Shown: positions 16,296-26,700 of the stretch, one piece after another
How positions within the stretch are numbered: position 1 is the first letter of the stretch
Layout of the letters: every line of letters begins with the position of its first letter
DNA from: a virus
Taxonomy: Duplodnaviria > Caudoviricetes
DNA: 28,936 bases
IMG/VR virus record: IMGVR_UViG_3300037991_000411
Location: 1-28,936 of that record
Reading direction: 5' to 3' (one strand)
Made by a program: the position numbers and the translations under genes
The notes under the pieces: generated by a model
Seen by the model: the letters and a program-made list of their open reading frames with translations, nothing else
Databases searched by the model: none
Told to the model about the DNA's origin: nothing

Positions 16296-16798
16296 ACAAG
16301 TATCTTATTGAAAATTACCATAAGCTAAAAGATATGGCTTACAATATCACGAGTGGTAAAGGTAATGACGACTTGTTTAGTTTTGTAATAGAAGAACTTT
16401 ATAAATGCGACCAAGATAGAATTGACGAAATAATTACAAAGAATCAAATGACGTTTTATGTGGTTAGAGTTATGATTAACCAATACCATTCTAAGACAAG
16501 CAGATACTATTATAAGTATAAAAAATACTACGAATATCATACTACTACAACAATAGAATGTTTATCTGCTGACAACACACAATACAATATAAAGGAAAAA
16601 CAAGAAATAGAAGAACGTCTAGAGTGGATAGAAGAAAAGCTAAAAGACCTATATTGGTTTGATGCAGAAGTATTTAAAATATATTATAGAGAGGGTTTTA
16701 GTTTAAACCAAATGCAGAAAGAAACTAAGATAAACAGAAACACTCTACATAAAGCAATCACTAACGTAAAAAAGTATTTATTAAATGAAAAAGAGTAG
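16289..16798 (+). CDS. ECF-like sigma factor / late transcription regulator
   Basis: Region 2-like YHKLKDMAYNIT...DDLFSFV; region 4 HTH LKDLYWFDAEVFKIYYREGFSLNQMQKETKINRNTL. Confidence 0.72.
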   Translation: MLNKYLIENYHKLKDMAYNITSGKGNDDLFSFVIEELYKCDQDRIDEIITKNQMTFYVVRVMINQYHSKTSRYYYKYKKYYEYHTTTTIECLSADNTQYNIKEKQEIEERLEWIEEKLKDLYWFDAEVFKIYYREGFSLNQMQKETKINRNTLHKAITNVKKYLLNEKE

Positions 16799-17024
16799 AA
16801 TAATAAGAGCTATAAAAAACGCAAATACCGACTTAATTAAAAAGTATGATATTGTATCATTTTCTGATGAAAAGGGAAAAACTTATGTATTAGGAACTAA
16901 AGAAGGATTTGATTTAAAAATCAATGAAGCAGCAAGTTATTCTATACACAAGTTACTAGATATGATAGATAATAAAAAAGTTAAAGATGACATATTAAAA
17001 AAATTAAAAAATGACAAAAAGTAA
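16785..17024 (+). CDS. Hypothetical protein
   Basis: 79 aa ORF overlapping both neighbours. Confidence 0.55.
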   Translation: MKKSRIIRAIKNANTDLIKKYDIVSFSDEKGKTYVLGTKEGFDLKINEAASYSIHKLLDMIDNKKVKDDILKKLKNDKK

Positions 17025-17385
17025 AGGACTCGGAGATTCAATAGAAAAAGCATTAAAAGCTACAGGAATAGACAAAGTAGCTAAGAAGATACTAGGAGAT
17101 GATTGTGGATGTGAAGAACGTAAGAAGAAATTAAATCAAATGTTCCCTTATGCTAGACCATTTACAGAAGATGAATTATCTATATATGAATCGGTGCTGC
17201 CTAGAATAAAGGGTGGCAGAATAAACGGACAAGACCAGGATATTATGGTAAAGCTATATAATAAAGTATTTAATGCTAATAAGAAAGCTAGTAGCTGTGG
17301 AAGCTGTGTTAAAGAAACATTAGCTAAATTAGAAAAGGTATATAAGAACAGTTGTAAAATAAATGACAATGGAACAGATATTTAG
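17011..17385 (+). CDS. Cys-motif hypothetical protein (GLGD...CGC...CGSC)
   Basis: KGLGDSIEK, DCGCEERKKKLN and SCGSCV motifs. Confidence 0.65.
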   Translation: MTKSKGLGDSIEKALKATGIDKVAKKILGDDCGCEERKKKLNQMFPYARPFTEDELSIYESVLPRIKGGRINGQDQDIMVKLYNKVFNANKKASSCGSCVKETLAKLEKVYKNSCKINDNGTDI

Positions 17386-17524
17386 ATTCTGCCTTAGATG
17401 TGTTAGGATATGTCCTATTGAAAAAGGTAAATGCCACTATTGTAATGGTACTTTCATAGTATCATCATTAAAAGATGAATTATATTTAATAAATAAAAAA
17501 GAAAAAGTTGAAGAAGCATACTAA
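17369..17524 (+). CDS. Small zinc-ribbon protein, 51 aa (not in ORF track)
   Basis: MEQIFRFCLRCVRICPIEKGKCHYCNGTF...; two CxxC; fills the gap; alternative ATG at 17363. Confidence 0.6.
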   Translation: MEQIFRFCLRCVRICPIEKGKCHYCNGTFIVSSLKDELYLINKKEKVEEAY

Positions 17525-17819
17525 GGTATATATGGACTTTTTTGATTATGGAGAACAGGACTTCGTAATGTGTGAAATGTGTCAGCAAGATAGAGCTGTT
17601 GATATTCATCATTTAGAAAGAAGAGCTATGGGTGGCTCAAAGAATAAAGATTACATAGAGAATCTAATGGGACTGTGTAGAGATTGCCACAACAAAGCAG
17701 AAGCAGATAGAATGTTTAATATGTTCTGCAAAATAAAACATTTAGAAAATGTGTGTCATCAAATATATGCTATGATAGAATACAATAAAACAATGAAACG
17801 ATATGAAAATAGAAAGTAA
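17508..17819 (+). CDS. HNH endonuclease
   Basis: CEMC, DIHH and NLMGLCRDCH motifs; TTG start; near the terminase genes. Confidence 0.82.
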   Translation: MKKHTKVYMDFFDYGEQDFVMCEMCQQDRAVDIHHLERRAMGGSKNKDYIENLMGLCRDCHNKAEADRMFNMFCKIKHLENVCHQIYAMIEYNKTMKRYENRK

Positions 17820-18933
17820 ATTACTAAAAAACCTAAACCCTGCATCATACAATCCCAGACAGATTAGCAGTAAACAATATAAGGACTTAAAAGAATCAAT
17901 TAAAAAGTTTGGATTAGTAGACCCTATAATAGTAAACAAAGATAATACTGTAATAGGTGGACATCAACGATTGAAAGTTTGTAAGGAACTTAAATATGTA
18001 GAGGTTGAGTGTGTAATGCTAGACTTATCAAAAGAAGAAGAAAGAGAATTAAACATTAGATTGAATAAAAACACAGGGGACTTTGATATGGATATATTGG
18101 CTAACGAGTTTGATATAGAAGAGCTTACGGATTGGGGATTTAAGCATATTGACCTTGATATTAATATAGATAAAATCACAGAGGGCAATACAGAGGACGA
18201 CCATATACCAGAAGTAAAAGAAAGTAGAGTTAAATTAGGTGATGTTTGGCAATTAGGAAAACACAGATTGATGTGTGGTGATAATATGGACTTAATGAAA
18301 CAATATGAAGATAATTATTTTGACCTTGCAATAATAGACCCGCCTTATGGTATAAATTTTGATGGCGAAACAACAGTAAAAGGAAAAGGTGGAAAGGCAA
18401 AAACCTTTTCAAATAAACAAAACCATTTAAAAAAAGATTGGGATAATGAAACACCAAAAAAAGAATACTTTGATGAACTTATAAGAATATCTAAAAATCA
18501 GATAATTTGGGGCGGCAATTACTTTACAGATAAACTACCTGTTAGCAGGGGTTGGATATATTGGGACAAAAAAATAACTAATAAAAACAATAAGAACTTT
18601 TCTGATGGGGAGTTAGCATACACAAGTTTTGATAAAAGATTAATTAAGTTTACTTATGATTGGATTGGGTTTGGATATTTAAACAATCCTGATAAAGAAA
18701 AAAAAATACACCCAACACAAAAACCTGTTCAAATTTACAAATGGTTATTAGAAGAATATGCAGAAAAAGATTTTAAAATTATAGATACTCATTTAGGTAG
18801 TGGTTCAAGCTTAATTGCAAGTATTAAACATAAAATAAAAGAGTTTGTTGGAATGGAATTAGACAATGATTATTGCGACAAAACATTAGAAAGATGGGAA
18901 CAGTTTACAGGACAAAAGGCAAAAAAGGTATAA
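17803..18933 (+). CDS. ParB/Srx N-terminal domain fused to DNA amino-methyltransferase
   Basis: YNPR, FGLVDPIIV, GGHQR; GDVWQLGKHRLMCGD linker; DPPY, HPTQKP, DTHLGSGS. Confidence 0.88.
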   Translation: MKIESKLLKNLNPASYNPRQISSKQYKDLKESIKKFGLVDPIIVNKDNTVIGGHQRLKVCKELKYVEVECVMLDLSKEEERELNIRLNKNTGDFDMDILANEFDIEELTDWGFKHIDLDINIDKITEGNTEDDHIPEVKESRVKLGDVWQLGKHRLMCGDNMDLMKQYEDNYFDLAIIDPPYGINFDGETTVKGKGGKAKTFSNKQNHLKKDWDNETPKKEYFDELIRISKNQIIWGGNYFTDKLPVSRGWIYWDKKITNKNNKNFSDGELAYTSFDKRLIKFTYDWIGFGYLNNPDKEKKIHPTQKPVQIYKWLLEEYAEKDFKIIDTHLGSGSSLIASIKHKIKEFVGMELDNDYCDKTLERWEQFTGQKAKKV

Positions 18934-18952
18934 CGGTTTAAAAACGGAATCA

Positions 18953-19279
18953 ATGAATAAATTTCCAAATAAAGCAACACAGTTCAGTTCTACTAATCAA
19001 CCTAAGAAGAATGGTAGACCAAAAGGACGTAGAAATGTAGCTACAGTATTAAAAGAATTACTATCAACACAAGATACTAATATGGGTGGAGAGGGCGACT
19101 TTGGAAGTCCTATAGCTAAGATGTTAATACAAATAGCTTTCCATAAGGATAGTAACAATAACGAAAAGCTAAAAGCAATAAAAGAAATCCTAGATAGGAT
19201 AGAGGGATTGCCTGACCAAAATGTTAATGTAAGTGCAGCTCCACCATCTTGGATTAATGATGATGACGAAACAAGCTAA
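18953..19279 (+). CDS. terS: Terminase small subunit (putative)
   Basis: QFSSTNQP..NGRPKG and AIKEILDRIEG motifs; overlaps terL. Confidence 0.7.
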   Translation: MNKFPNKATQFSSTNQPKKNGRPKGRRNVATVLKELLSTQDTNMGGEGDFGSPIAKMLIQIAFHKDSNNNEKLKAIKEILDRIEGLPDQNVNVSAAPPSWINDDDETS

Positions 19280-20432
19280 ACCATATTATGACTTAAAACA
19301 ATCTACTAAGAGAATTTGTGTTCTACAGGGAGGTACAAGAAGTGGTAAGACATATTCTATTCTATTAGGATTAATTGAGTTTGCTTATAAGAATAAAGGC
19401 AAAGGATTATATATTACAATAGCACGTAAAACATTCCCTGCATTACGCGGCACTTCTATGCGAGATTTTTTTGAAATCCTTAAAAAAGAAAACTTGTATG
19501 ATGAAAGGTTACATAATAAGTCTAACTCATTATATCATCTATACGGTAATAATGTAGAGTTTATATCAGTCGACCAACCACAACGTGTGAGAGGTAGAAA
19601 AAGGGATGTGTTATTCCTTAATGAATGTAACGAGTTTGGATTTGAAGAATACACACAATTAGCATTAAGAACAACATACAAGATTATTATTGACTTTAAT
19701 CCTTCAGAGCAGTATCACTGGTTATACACACAAATTATAGATGCAGATAGAGATGATGTGGATTTTCATATATCTACATATAAAGACAATCCATTTTTAG
19801 AACAATCAACAATAGCAGAAATAGAAAGATTAAAAGAAGTAGATGAAAATTTATACCGGGTCTTTGGCGAAGGGCAACGCGGGGTAGCTTCTGAAACCAT
19901 TTTCCCGGTATTTAATATAGTAGATGATATTCCTGAAAATGCTAAAGAGATTGCATTAGGATTAGATTTCGGATTCTCAGCAGACCCCACATCATTAGTA
20001 AAAGTATATAAGCACGATTTAGATTTATATATTGATGAATTAATCTATGAAAAAGGATTAACCAATCAAGACATAGCACATAAGATTAAACAATTAGGAA
20101 TAGATAGAAGTATAGAGATATATGCTGATAGTGCAGAACCTAAATCTATAGAAGAAATATACAGAATGGGTGGCATTAATATAAAACCTGCTAAGAAAGG
20201 TGCAGACAGTATACGTATTGGAATAGACGTTCTAAAAAGACACAAGCTAAATATAACCAAACGTAGTGTTAATGCAATTAAAGAATTTAGGAATTATAAG
20301 TGGATAAAGAACAAGAATAGTGAAATAACAAACAAGCCAATAGATGCTTTTAACCATGCTGTAGATGCAGTAAGATATGTAGCATTAAACAAGTTGATGG
20401 TGTCTTATTCAGGCAAGTATTATATATCGTAA
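19257..20432 (+). CDS. terL: Terminase large subunit, PBSX/SPP1-type
   Basis: Walker A QGGTRSGKT, Walker B LFLNE, DFNP, GLDFG, DSAEP, NHAVDAVRY; start likely at ATG 19257-19263. Confidence 0.93.
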   Translation: MMMTKQAKPYYDLKQSTKRICVLQGGTRSGKTYSILLGLIEFAYKNKGKGLYITIARKTFPALRGTSMRDFFEILKKENLYDERLHNKSNSLYHLYGNNVEFISVDQPQRVRGRKRDVLFLNECNEFGFEEYTQLALRTTYKIIIDFNPSEQYHWLYTQIIDADRDDVDFHISTYKDNPFLEQSTIAEIERLKEVDENLYRVFGEGQRGVASETIFPVFNIVDDIPENAKEIALGLDFGFSADPTSLVKVYKHDLDLYIDELIYEKGLTNQDIAHKIKQLGIDRSIEIYADSAEPKSIEEIYRMGGINIKPAKKGADSIRIGIDVLKRHKLNITKRSVNAIKEFRNYKWIKNKNSEITNKPIDAFNHAVDAVRYVALNKLMVSYSGKYYIS

Positions 20433-20459
20433 AAACAAATAATAATATTTTATATTTAT
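20433..20459 (+). promoter_or_regulatory. Putative phage late promoter, copy 4
   Basis: AAACAA 20433-20438, TTTATATTTAT 20449-20459, ATG at 20465. Confidence 0.8.
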
Positions 20460-20464
20460 TAGTA

Positions 20465-21046
20465 ATGAAAGAGGTTAAATTAACAATACCTGATAATTGG
20501 TCTGACATAACAATAGACACTTATCAAAAGTATGTGAAAATACAAGAGGGTAAAGGAACTGAAAAAAATAAAGTTATTAAGAGCTTGGCTCTATTATGTA
20601 ACACCACACCCTTTGTAGTTAAGAAAATGGCTTACAGTGATTTATTAGAGATTATGTCTATAATAAAAAAGATGATAGACACAGAGCCAAAAGAAGAAGA
20701 TTTTAAAAAGGTATTTAAATTTAACAATACAGAATATGGCTTTGTGCCTAACCTTAGTAAGTTAAGCACAGGAGAATATATTGATTTAGAAGCATACTGT
20801 AAAAATCCTATAGAGAATCTTCATATTATTATGAGTATACTATATAGGGTAATTACTTTTAAACGTGGAGAACGCTATGCTATAGAAAGTTATGACCCTG
20901 ACCAATTCAAGGAAGAACTGTTTAAAGAATGTCCTATGAACATAGCATTAAGTTCGCTAGGTTTTTTTTTGACTTTAGGAAGCGTATTGGCGAGGACTTC
21001 GCAGCGTTATTTGAAAGCACAGGAAAAGAGAGTGCAAAAGGCGTAA
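20465..21046 (+). CDS. Putative tail assembly chaperone (G-like)
   Basis: First gene of the tail operon; has a T9 slippery run near its 3' end and an overlapping -1 ORF. Confidence 0.6.
   Translation: MKEVKLTIPDNWSDITIDTYQKYVKIQEGKGTEKNKVIKSLALLCNTTPFVVKKMAYSDLLEIMSIIKKMIDTEPKEEDFKKVFKFNNTEYGFVPNLSKLSTGEYIDLEAYCKNPIENLHIIMSILYRVITFKRGERYAIESYDPDQFKEELFKECPMNIALSSLGFFLTLGSVLARTSQRYLKAQEKRVQKA
20960..20971 (+). other. Putative -1 ribosomal frameshift site GGT TTT TTT TTG
   Basis: Nine T (20962-20970) give T TTT TTT in the X XXY YYZ register; the -1 frame stays open to 21210. Confidence 0.68.
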
Positions 21047-21210
21047 GTATGCAAAGTAAATGGGGATGGTATAATGTCCTTTACAGCTTATCTAATTCAA
21101 TACTAGATATAGAGAAGATTACACAGCTACCTATATTAGAGGTGCTGACTTATTTGGCTTTTAGTCAAGATTATAATAATAAACAAAGAAGTAACTATGA
21201 TAACTTTTAG
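20968..21210 (+). CDS. Frameshift extension of tail chaperone (T-like), or 53 aa ORF from ATG 21049
   Basis: -1 frame reads FDFRKRIGEDFAALFE...KWGWYNVLYSL. Confidence 0.6.
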   Translation, partial: FDFRKRIGEDFAALFESTGKESAKGVSMQSKWGWYNVLYSLSNSILDIEKITQLPILEVLTYLAFSQDYNNKQRSNYDNF

Positions 21211-21706
21211 AAACGTAGTAGGATATTTAGAAACCATAGCAAGTAAGCATTTAGTAATTAAGTCTTTTCATTCAGGAATGATGGATGAAGTAGATATAAA
21301 TAAATTAGGTGCTGATAGTTATCCTATACTATATGCAGAGCCAGGACAAGCAGTTATAGAGCAAGGTGTATTGACGTATAACTTTACAATATATGCTATG
21401 GATATGATTAATGAAGAAGTAGGTTCAGAAAATACTTATACTATTGCTCCTAATAAACAAAGAATAGGTAGAGTAGATTCATATTCTGAAACACTAGAAC
21501 TTATACAAGATGTCTTAAATGAATTTAAACATAGCTTAGTTACTGCATCTTGGGTAGATGGCGAAGTAGTATTAAATCTTCCTGTAACAGCAGACCCTTT
21601 TACAGCACGTTTTAATAACCTTTTAACAGGATGGTCTGCTAATTTAAGTGTTCAAGTAAATAATACTAACAATCTGTGTATTGTGCCAATAGCAGCTAAT
21701 TCATAA
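21197..21706 (+). CDS. Putative tail terminator/completion protein
   Basis: 169 aa; YPILYAEP and PFTARFNNLLTGW motifs; tail operon context. Confidence 0.55.
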   Translation: MITFRNVVGYLETIASKHLVIKSFHSGMMDEVDINKLGADSYPILYAEPGQAVIEQGVLTYNFTIYAMDMINEEVGSENTYTIAPNKQRIGRVDSYSETLELIQDVLNEFKHSLVTASWVDGEVVLNLPVTADPFTARFNNLLTGWSANLSVQVNNTNNLCIVPIAANS

Positions 21707-22248
21707 TGGAATTTAAAAATACTATACAATCATTACAAAAACTTGGTGGCAATGTCGTTAAGGAAGGACGTGGTATTCTTAAACGTAAGAAAAAAACTAC
21801 AAGTCCTAATACTCTATTTAATGATTTTGATTATTTAGTAACTGCATCTAAGGATTCTGTTACATTAGAATTTGAATTTGGCGGAGCAGAAGATTATTGG
21901 CAATTTGTAGATGAAGGTGTAAGAGGTGCAGGTGGATTTAAAGGTTCAGGCAGAGCAAGAGGACAAGGCAGTCCATTTAAGTATTCTACTAAAATGCCAC
22001 CTAGAAGATTTATAGATAAATGGATAGTTAGCAAACCATTAAGAGCAGCAAGAGATGAGTCAGGTAGATTTATAGCTAGAAAAAGTTTAGCGTTCTTAAT
22101 ACAGCGTTCTATATTTCAAAGAGGACTTGAAAGAACACAGTTTTTTAGCAGACCATTTACACAACAATTAAAAAAACAAACAGACAATATAGTAAAATCT
22201 TTTGCTGATGATTTAGAATTAGCATTAGAGCAAACATTAAAAGATTAG
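21706..22248 (+). CDS. Putative neck/tail-completion protein
   Basis: Basic 180 aa; YWQFVDEGVRG, KMPP, IQRSIFQRGL and FFSRPF motifs. Confidence 0.58.
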   Translation: MEFKNTIQSLQKLGGNVVKEGRGILKRKKKTTSPNTLFNDFDYLVTASKDSVTLEFEFGGAEDYWQFVDEGVRGAGGFKGSGRARGQGSPFKYSTKMPPRRFIDKWIVSKPLRAARDESGRFIARKSLAFLIQRSIFQRGLERTQFFSRPFTQQLKKQTDNIVKSFADDLELALEQTLKD

Positions 22249-22251
22249 AAT

Positions 22252-23724
22252 ATGGCATTAGGCAGTATATCATTTGTACAGAAACCAGTAAACACAACTT
22301 CTAAAGTTCCTGTTATTACTAACTGGACACCATTAATAGGATATATGGTATATCAAGATGACATTAGTGGTCTATTCTATTTTAAATTAATACTAGAGGT
22401 TAGATTAGATGATGCTTCAGGAACATTACTAGGTAAAATAAAACAAAGAAGAAACGGATATAGTCCTGATGTTGCTGCTAATGAAGCTAGAGCATTTTTT
22501 GATTTAAGAGATATTGCTAATAGCGTTTTGACAGATACTGTATTCGACCAAAATGATTCTGGACAACCATTTAGAACAATACATAAAGTAGGTGCTAATA
22601 CAGCATCTAAACCTTATAGTAAAAATGGAGATAATACTACTGACGGCACACAGATACAAACTATTTATGTAAAAGCATATCAACAATATAGTTCTACTGC
22701 TTCTGCTATTCCTGCTGAAGATACAACGCCTAGCGTAAATGATACTTTATATTATTTACAAGCATCATTACCTTTAATGACTGCTAGAAGCACGGATTCT
22801 GATTATGTGCAATCTGATGCTTTTAATGTTTTTAATTGTAATAGTAGTACAGATAGATTTTTAAGTGATGTAGAAACAAGTGCAGGAGATTATAGTGTTA
22901 GTGGATATATTAACTACATACAAGAAGCTGACTATCACACAGTTGCTTTTTTAAATGATAATAGTAATTTTGACAGCCAACTATATAGAATGTATATTAA
23001 ATACTATGATAGTTCAGGAAGTGAAATAGCTTACGGTGGTGTGGCAGGGACTAACTATATAGAAAATATAAATAATAATGGGGGATGGGCGCCTAATGCA
23101 GCAGGGATGCAAGATGACAAAAGATTATTGTATTTTGGTGCAGGTCCAGGCAATTTACAAGGACAATCTGACAATACAGATTTAAGACCTTCTGCTTTTA
23201 GTAATTGGGCATATTACACGATACAAGGATTTGATGAAGCAGGAACGCCTGTAGCAAGAACAGCAGTATATACCTTTATAAAACAAGACGGAAGTTGTAA
23301 AGGTTTTAAAGTAAGGAGATTAGCTTGGCGTAATTCTGTAGGAGGTTATGACTATTATAATTTTAAAAAGAAATCTACACAAACTGTAGAAGTACAGCAA
23401 GATAATTATAGCACAATGTTAGGAACATTCAATAAAAGTAGATGGAGATACAACAATACACAAAGAGGCAAAAAGACAAGGCAAACTACAGCTATGCTAA
23501 AAGAAACTCTTAATACTGATTGGATTACAGAACAAGATGCTAACTTATTAGAAAAGCTAATAATGTCCACAGATGTTTATATAGTAGAAAATGCAGATAC
23601 TACATATACAGAAGCAGTAATGATTACTGACAGCAGTTTTGTTAGAAAAACAGTAGCTAACGATAGAAAAATACAATATACTATAAATATAGAATACGCT
23701 AATCCACTAAATACAAATAGCTAA
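22252..23724 (+). CDS. Tail tip protein (distal-tail-like)
   Basis: 490 aa, beta-rich; C-terminal WRNSVGGYDYYNF and LNTDWITE motifs. Confidence 0.6.
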   Translation: MALGSISFVQKPVNTTSKVPVITNWTPLIGYMVYQDDISGLFYFKLILEVRLDDASGTLLGKIKQRRNGYSPDVAANEARAFFDLRDIANSVLTDTVFDQNDSGQPFRTIHKVGANTASKPYSKNGDNTTDGTQIQTIYVKAYQQYSSTASAIPAEDTTPSVNDTLYYLQASLPLMTARSTDSDYVQSDAFNVFNCNSSTDRFLSDVETSAGDYSVSGYINYIQEADYHTVAFLNDNSNFDSQLYRMYIKYYDSSGSEIAYGGVAGTNYIENINNNGGWAPNAAGMQDDKRLLYFGAGPGNLQGQSDNTDLRPSAFSNWAYYTIQGFDEAGTPVARTAVYTFIKQDGSCKGFKVRRLAWRNSVGGYDYYNFKKKSTQTVEVQQDNYSTMLGTFNKSRWRYNNTQRGKKTRQTTAMLKETLNTDWITEQDANLLEKLIMSTDVYIVENADTTYTEAVMITDSSFVRKTVANDRKIQYTINIEYANPLNTNS

Positions 23725-26700
23725 TGAATGTAAGATTAGTAGCATATAGAAAAGCCACAAGTGGAGCATCTTCTACTACGGCTTATAATTTAGACCTACA
23801 AGAAGCACCTAATATATCGCTTAATTATCAGTTTAGTGATATTAAAGAGCCTGAAACTAGAAAAGGTAGCTTTAGCCAAACATTTAAATTACCATTCACA
23901 GACAACAATAATCAGTTCTTTCAGGATTGGTATAATGTAAACCTAGACACATTAGTATTTAACACTAGAACTAAATTTGATGCAGTTTTATATATAGGAG
24001 CTGTGCCACAATTTGAAGGTGCATTACAACTAAAATCTGTATATAAAAAAGCACAATGCTATGAAGTAGTATTAATGTCTAGTAGTGCCTCACTATTTAG
24101 TACAATAGGAGAGCAAAGATTAAAAGATGTATTTAAAGAAGATAATGGTAGCTATAGTGCAGACCTTAATCACGTTTATAATGATACAAATATAAAAGCA
24201 TCTTGGGACGGTGGCAGTAGTTCTTTTCAAAATGCAGCAGGAACAGCTTTAAGAGATACTGATTTTGATGTTCAAAAGGTAATGTATCCTATTTCTGTAA
24301 CTAGAGAAAAATTTTATTATGGTAGTGAAGCTAGATATTTAAACCTAGACCAAACTACTGCTAACACTTTAGTTAGTGATAGTGGTGTAGAAGCAGCATA
24401 CGACTATTCTGTAGATATAAACCAATTTAGACCTGCTATTCAAATCAAATATCTATTTGACAGAATAATGGCTAAAGCAGGATTTTCTTATACTTCTGAT
24501 TTTATAAGTGGTACAGGTGATTATTCTTCTGATAAGTATTTTGGTAAGATATTTATGACAACAGGAACGGCATTAGAACAAAGTGCTTTACCTACTACTA
24601 ATACAAACGCTTCTCCTAGTGGTGTTATGCAAGTATCTAATAATGCACAATGGGGTTCGCAGACAATAGCGGCAGGAACTTCAGGGTGTCAAACTTTTCA
24701 ATTTGTTGTACCTGCTAACACTACATCAGCTTCAGGAACTTGTACTACACCTGCTGACCCTGACAGTATTTGGAATACTACTTACAATTATTTTACAAAG
24801 CAAGATACTACAATGGAAGCAGTATTAGTAAGATATATACCTACTTGGTCTAATTTTGAAAATTGTGGTGGTACTATGACTTTTAAAGCATTTTTAAGAG
24901 AATGGGATACCACTACTAATTCTCCTACAGATGTTATATATGGAGATATGTCAGATTATGTATATACTTCTGTTGATACTGCATCAGGGGCTACTTATTT
25001 ATTTGCACACGGTTTGTCTTTAGAAGAAATGCCACCAGGAAAATCAGCTCAAATAGTTATAGAAGTCGGTCAAATACAACAAGATAATGCTGCTTCATCA
25101 AGCACAATTACACTAGGAAACTCAAGTGCGCCTGCTTTAGGATGTGGGACTTTTTACAATAATATCAGAATAGACTGGGTAGGATATAGCACAAATGTAT
25201 TTGGTGCTACTGTAGATGTTCCTGCTTGTATAGATGCTGACATCACACAGAGAGCATTTTTAAAAGACATTATTCAAAGATTTAATCTAGTTATATTAAC
25301 AGACCCTAATGATGACACTAATTTAATCATAGAGCCGTATGATGACTTTATAGCAAGTGGAGAGATAAAACAATGGACAGATAAACTAGATACATCTAAA
25401 GAAATAATAGTAAAAGATACTACAGAATTACAGAAAAAAACAATACACCTTACAGACCAAGAAGATGTTGATTTATACAACAAATCATTTAAAGAAAGAT
25501 ATCCTGAACTAAATGTATTTGGACATCTTAAAATAGATGAATTTAATAATGAGTTTGCAACAGGAGAATTAAAGAATGAATCTATATTTTCTCCTTATAT
25601 AAATAGTCAAGTATTTGTTACTGATGACGAGCAGTTTGGAACACTACTTCCTAATATGGCAGTACAGTATGAATTTAGCTATGAAACTAATGACGGTGTA
25701 GATGTAAATAAAATTAAAAAAACAAAACCTAAATTATATTGGTATAATGGAACGGCTACAAATGTTTTAAATCCTGCGGGTTCACAAGTAAACTATTATC
25801 TGCACAGGTCTAGTAATACAACACTTACAGCTTATGATTTTAATACTTATCCTGTCTGTACACCTTTTGACATAACGCCTAGCAGTAATGTATATACACT
25901 TTCAGAAGATAATCGTTCTTTATATTGGAACGCTACACCACCAATAGTAGGAAATTTACAGGTATTTAATTATCAAGGATATATAGGAAATTGGTTTAAT
26001 AAAACTTTGTATGGCGAGTGGTGGAAACCATACTTAGATAATATATATAGTTCTGAAGCTAGAATAATGGAATGTTATCTAAATCTTAATGAGGTAGATA
26101 TATTTGATTTTAGCTTTGCTGATGAAATCTTTATTAAAGATACATATTGGAGAATACTTAAAATACAGAACTATCAAGTAGGTGCTAAAGCATCTACAAA
26201 GGTTACATTAATAAAATCTTTAGATACTAGGTCTAATTGTAATGGTTGCGATTATTCTATAGGAAAAGTCGGAGATAGCAACTTATTTTGGAATACTTAC
26301 TATTTGTGGTGTCCTGATGATAATCCTGGATGTACACCTGTAATAACAGGGTCTTATCCACCTGGTGCTTATACAAGTCCTGAATGTTGTACTTGTAATG
26401 GTGGTATAGTTGCGTGGCATTTAATAGACCCCAACACTAACTTATACCCTTGTATTGCTAATGCAAGTAGTTTACCGTTAAGAATAAAAAGTATTTTATC
26501 ATCTACTAACATAATGAGTCAAGGACAGCTTAAAACTCTTATATATGATAAATTAGGTGGTAGAGATAGACCATTAATTAGAGGTGTAAATAACACTAAA
26601 TACAGTCAAAATTTATTGCCTACTTATGGTGATGACATTATAATAAAATACAAAAGTAAAAACAGAAAAACACCACAGTATTCAGGAGAGAATCATAGAA

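Noticed and set aside
17803-18200. ParB domain as a plasmid partition system
   Set aside because: No ParA or parS array seen; ParB-methyltransferase fusions next to terminase are common.
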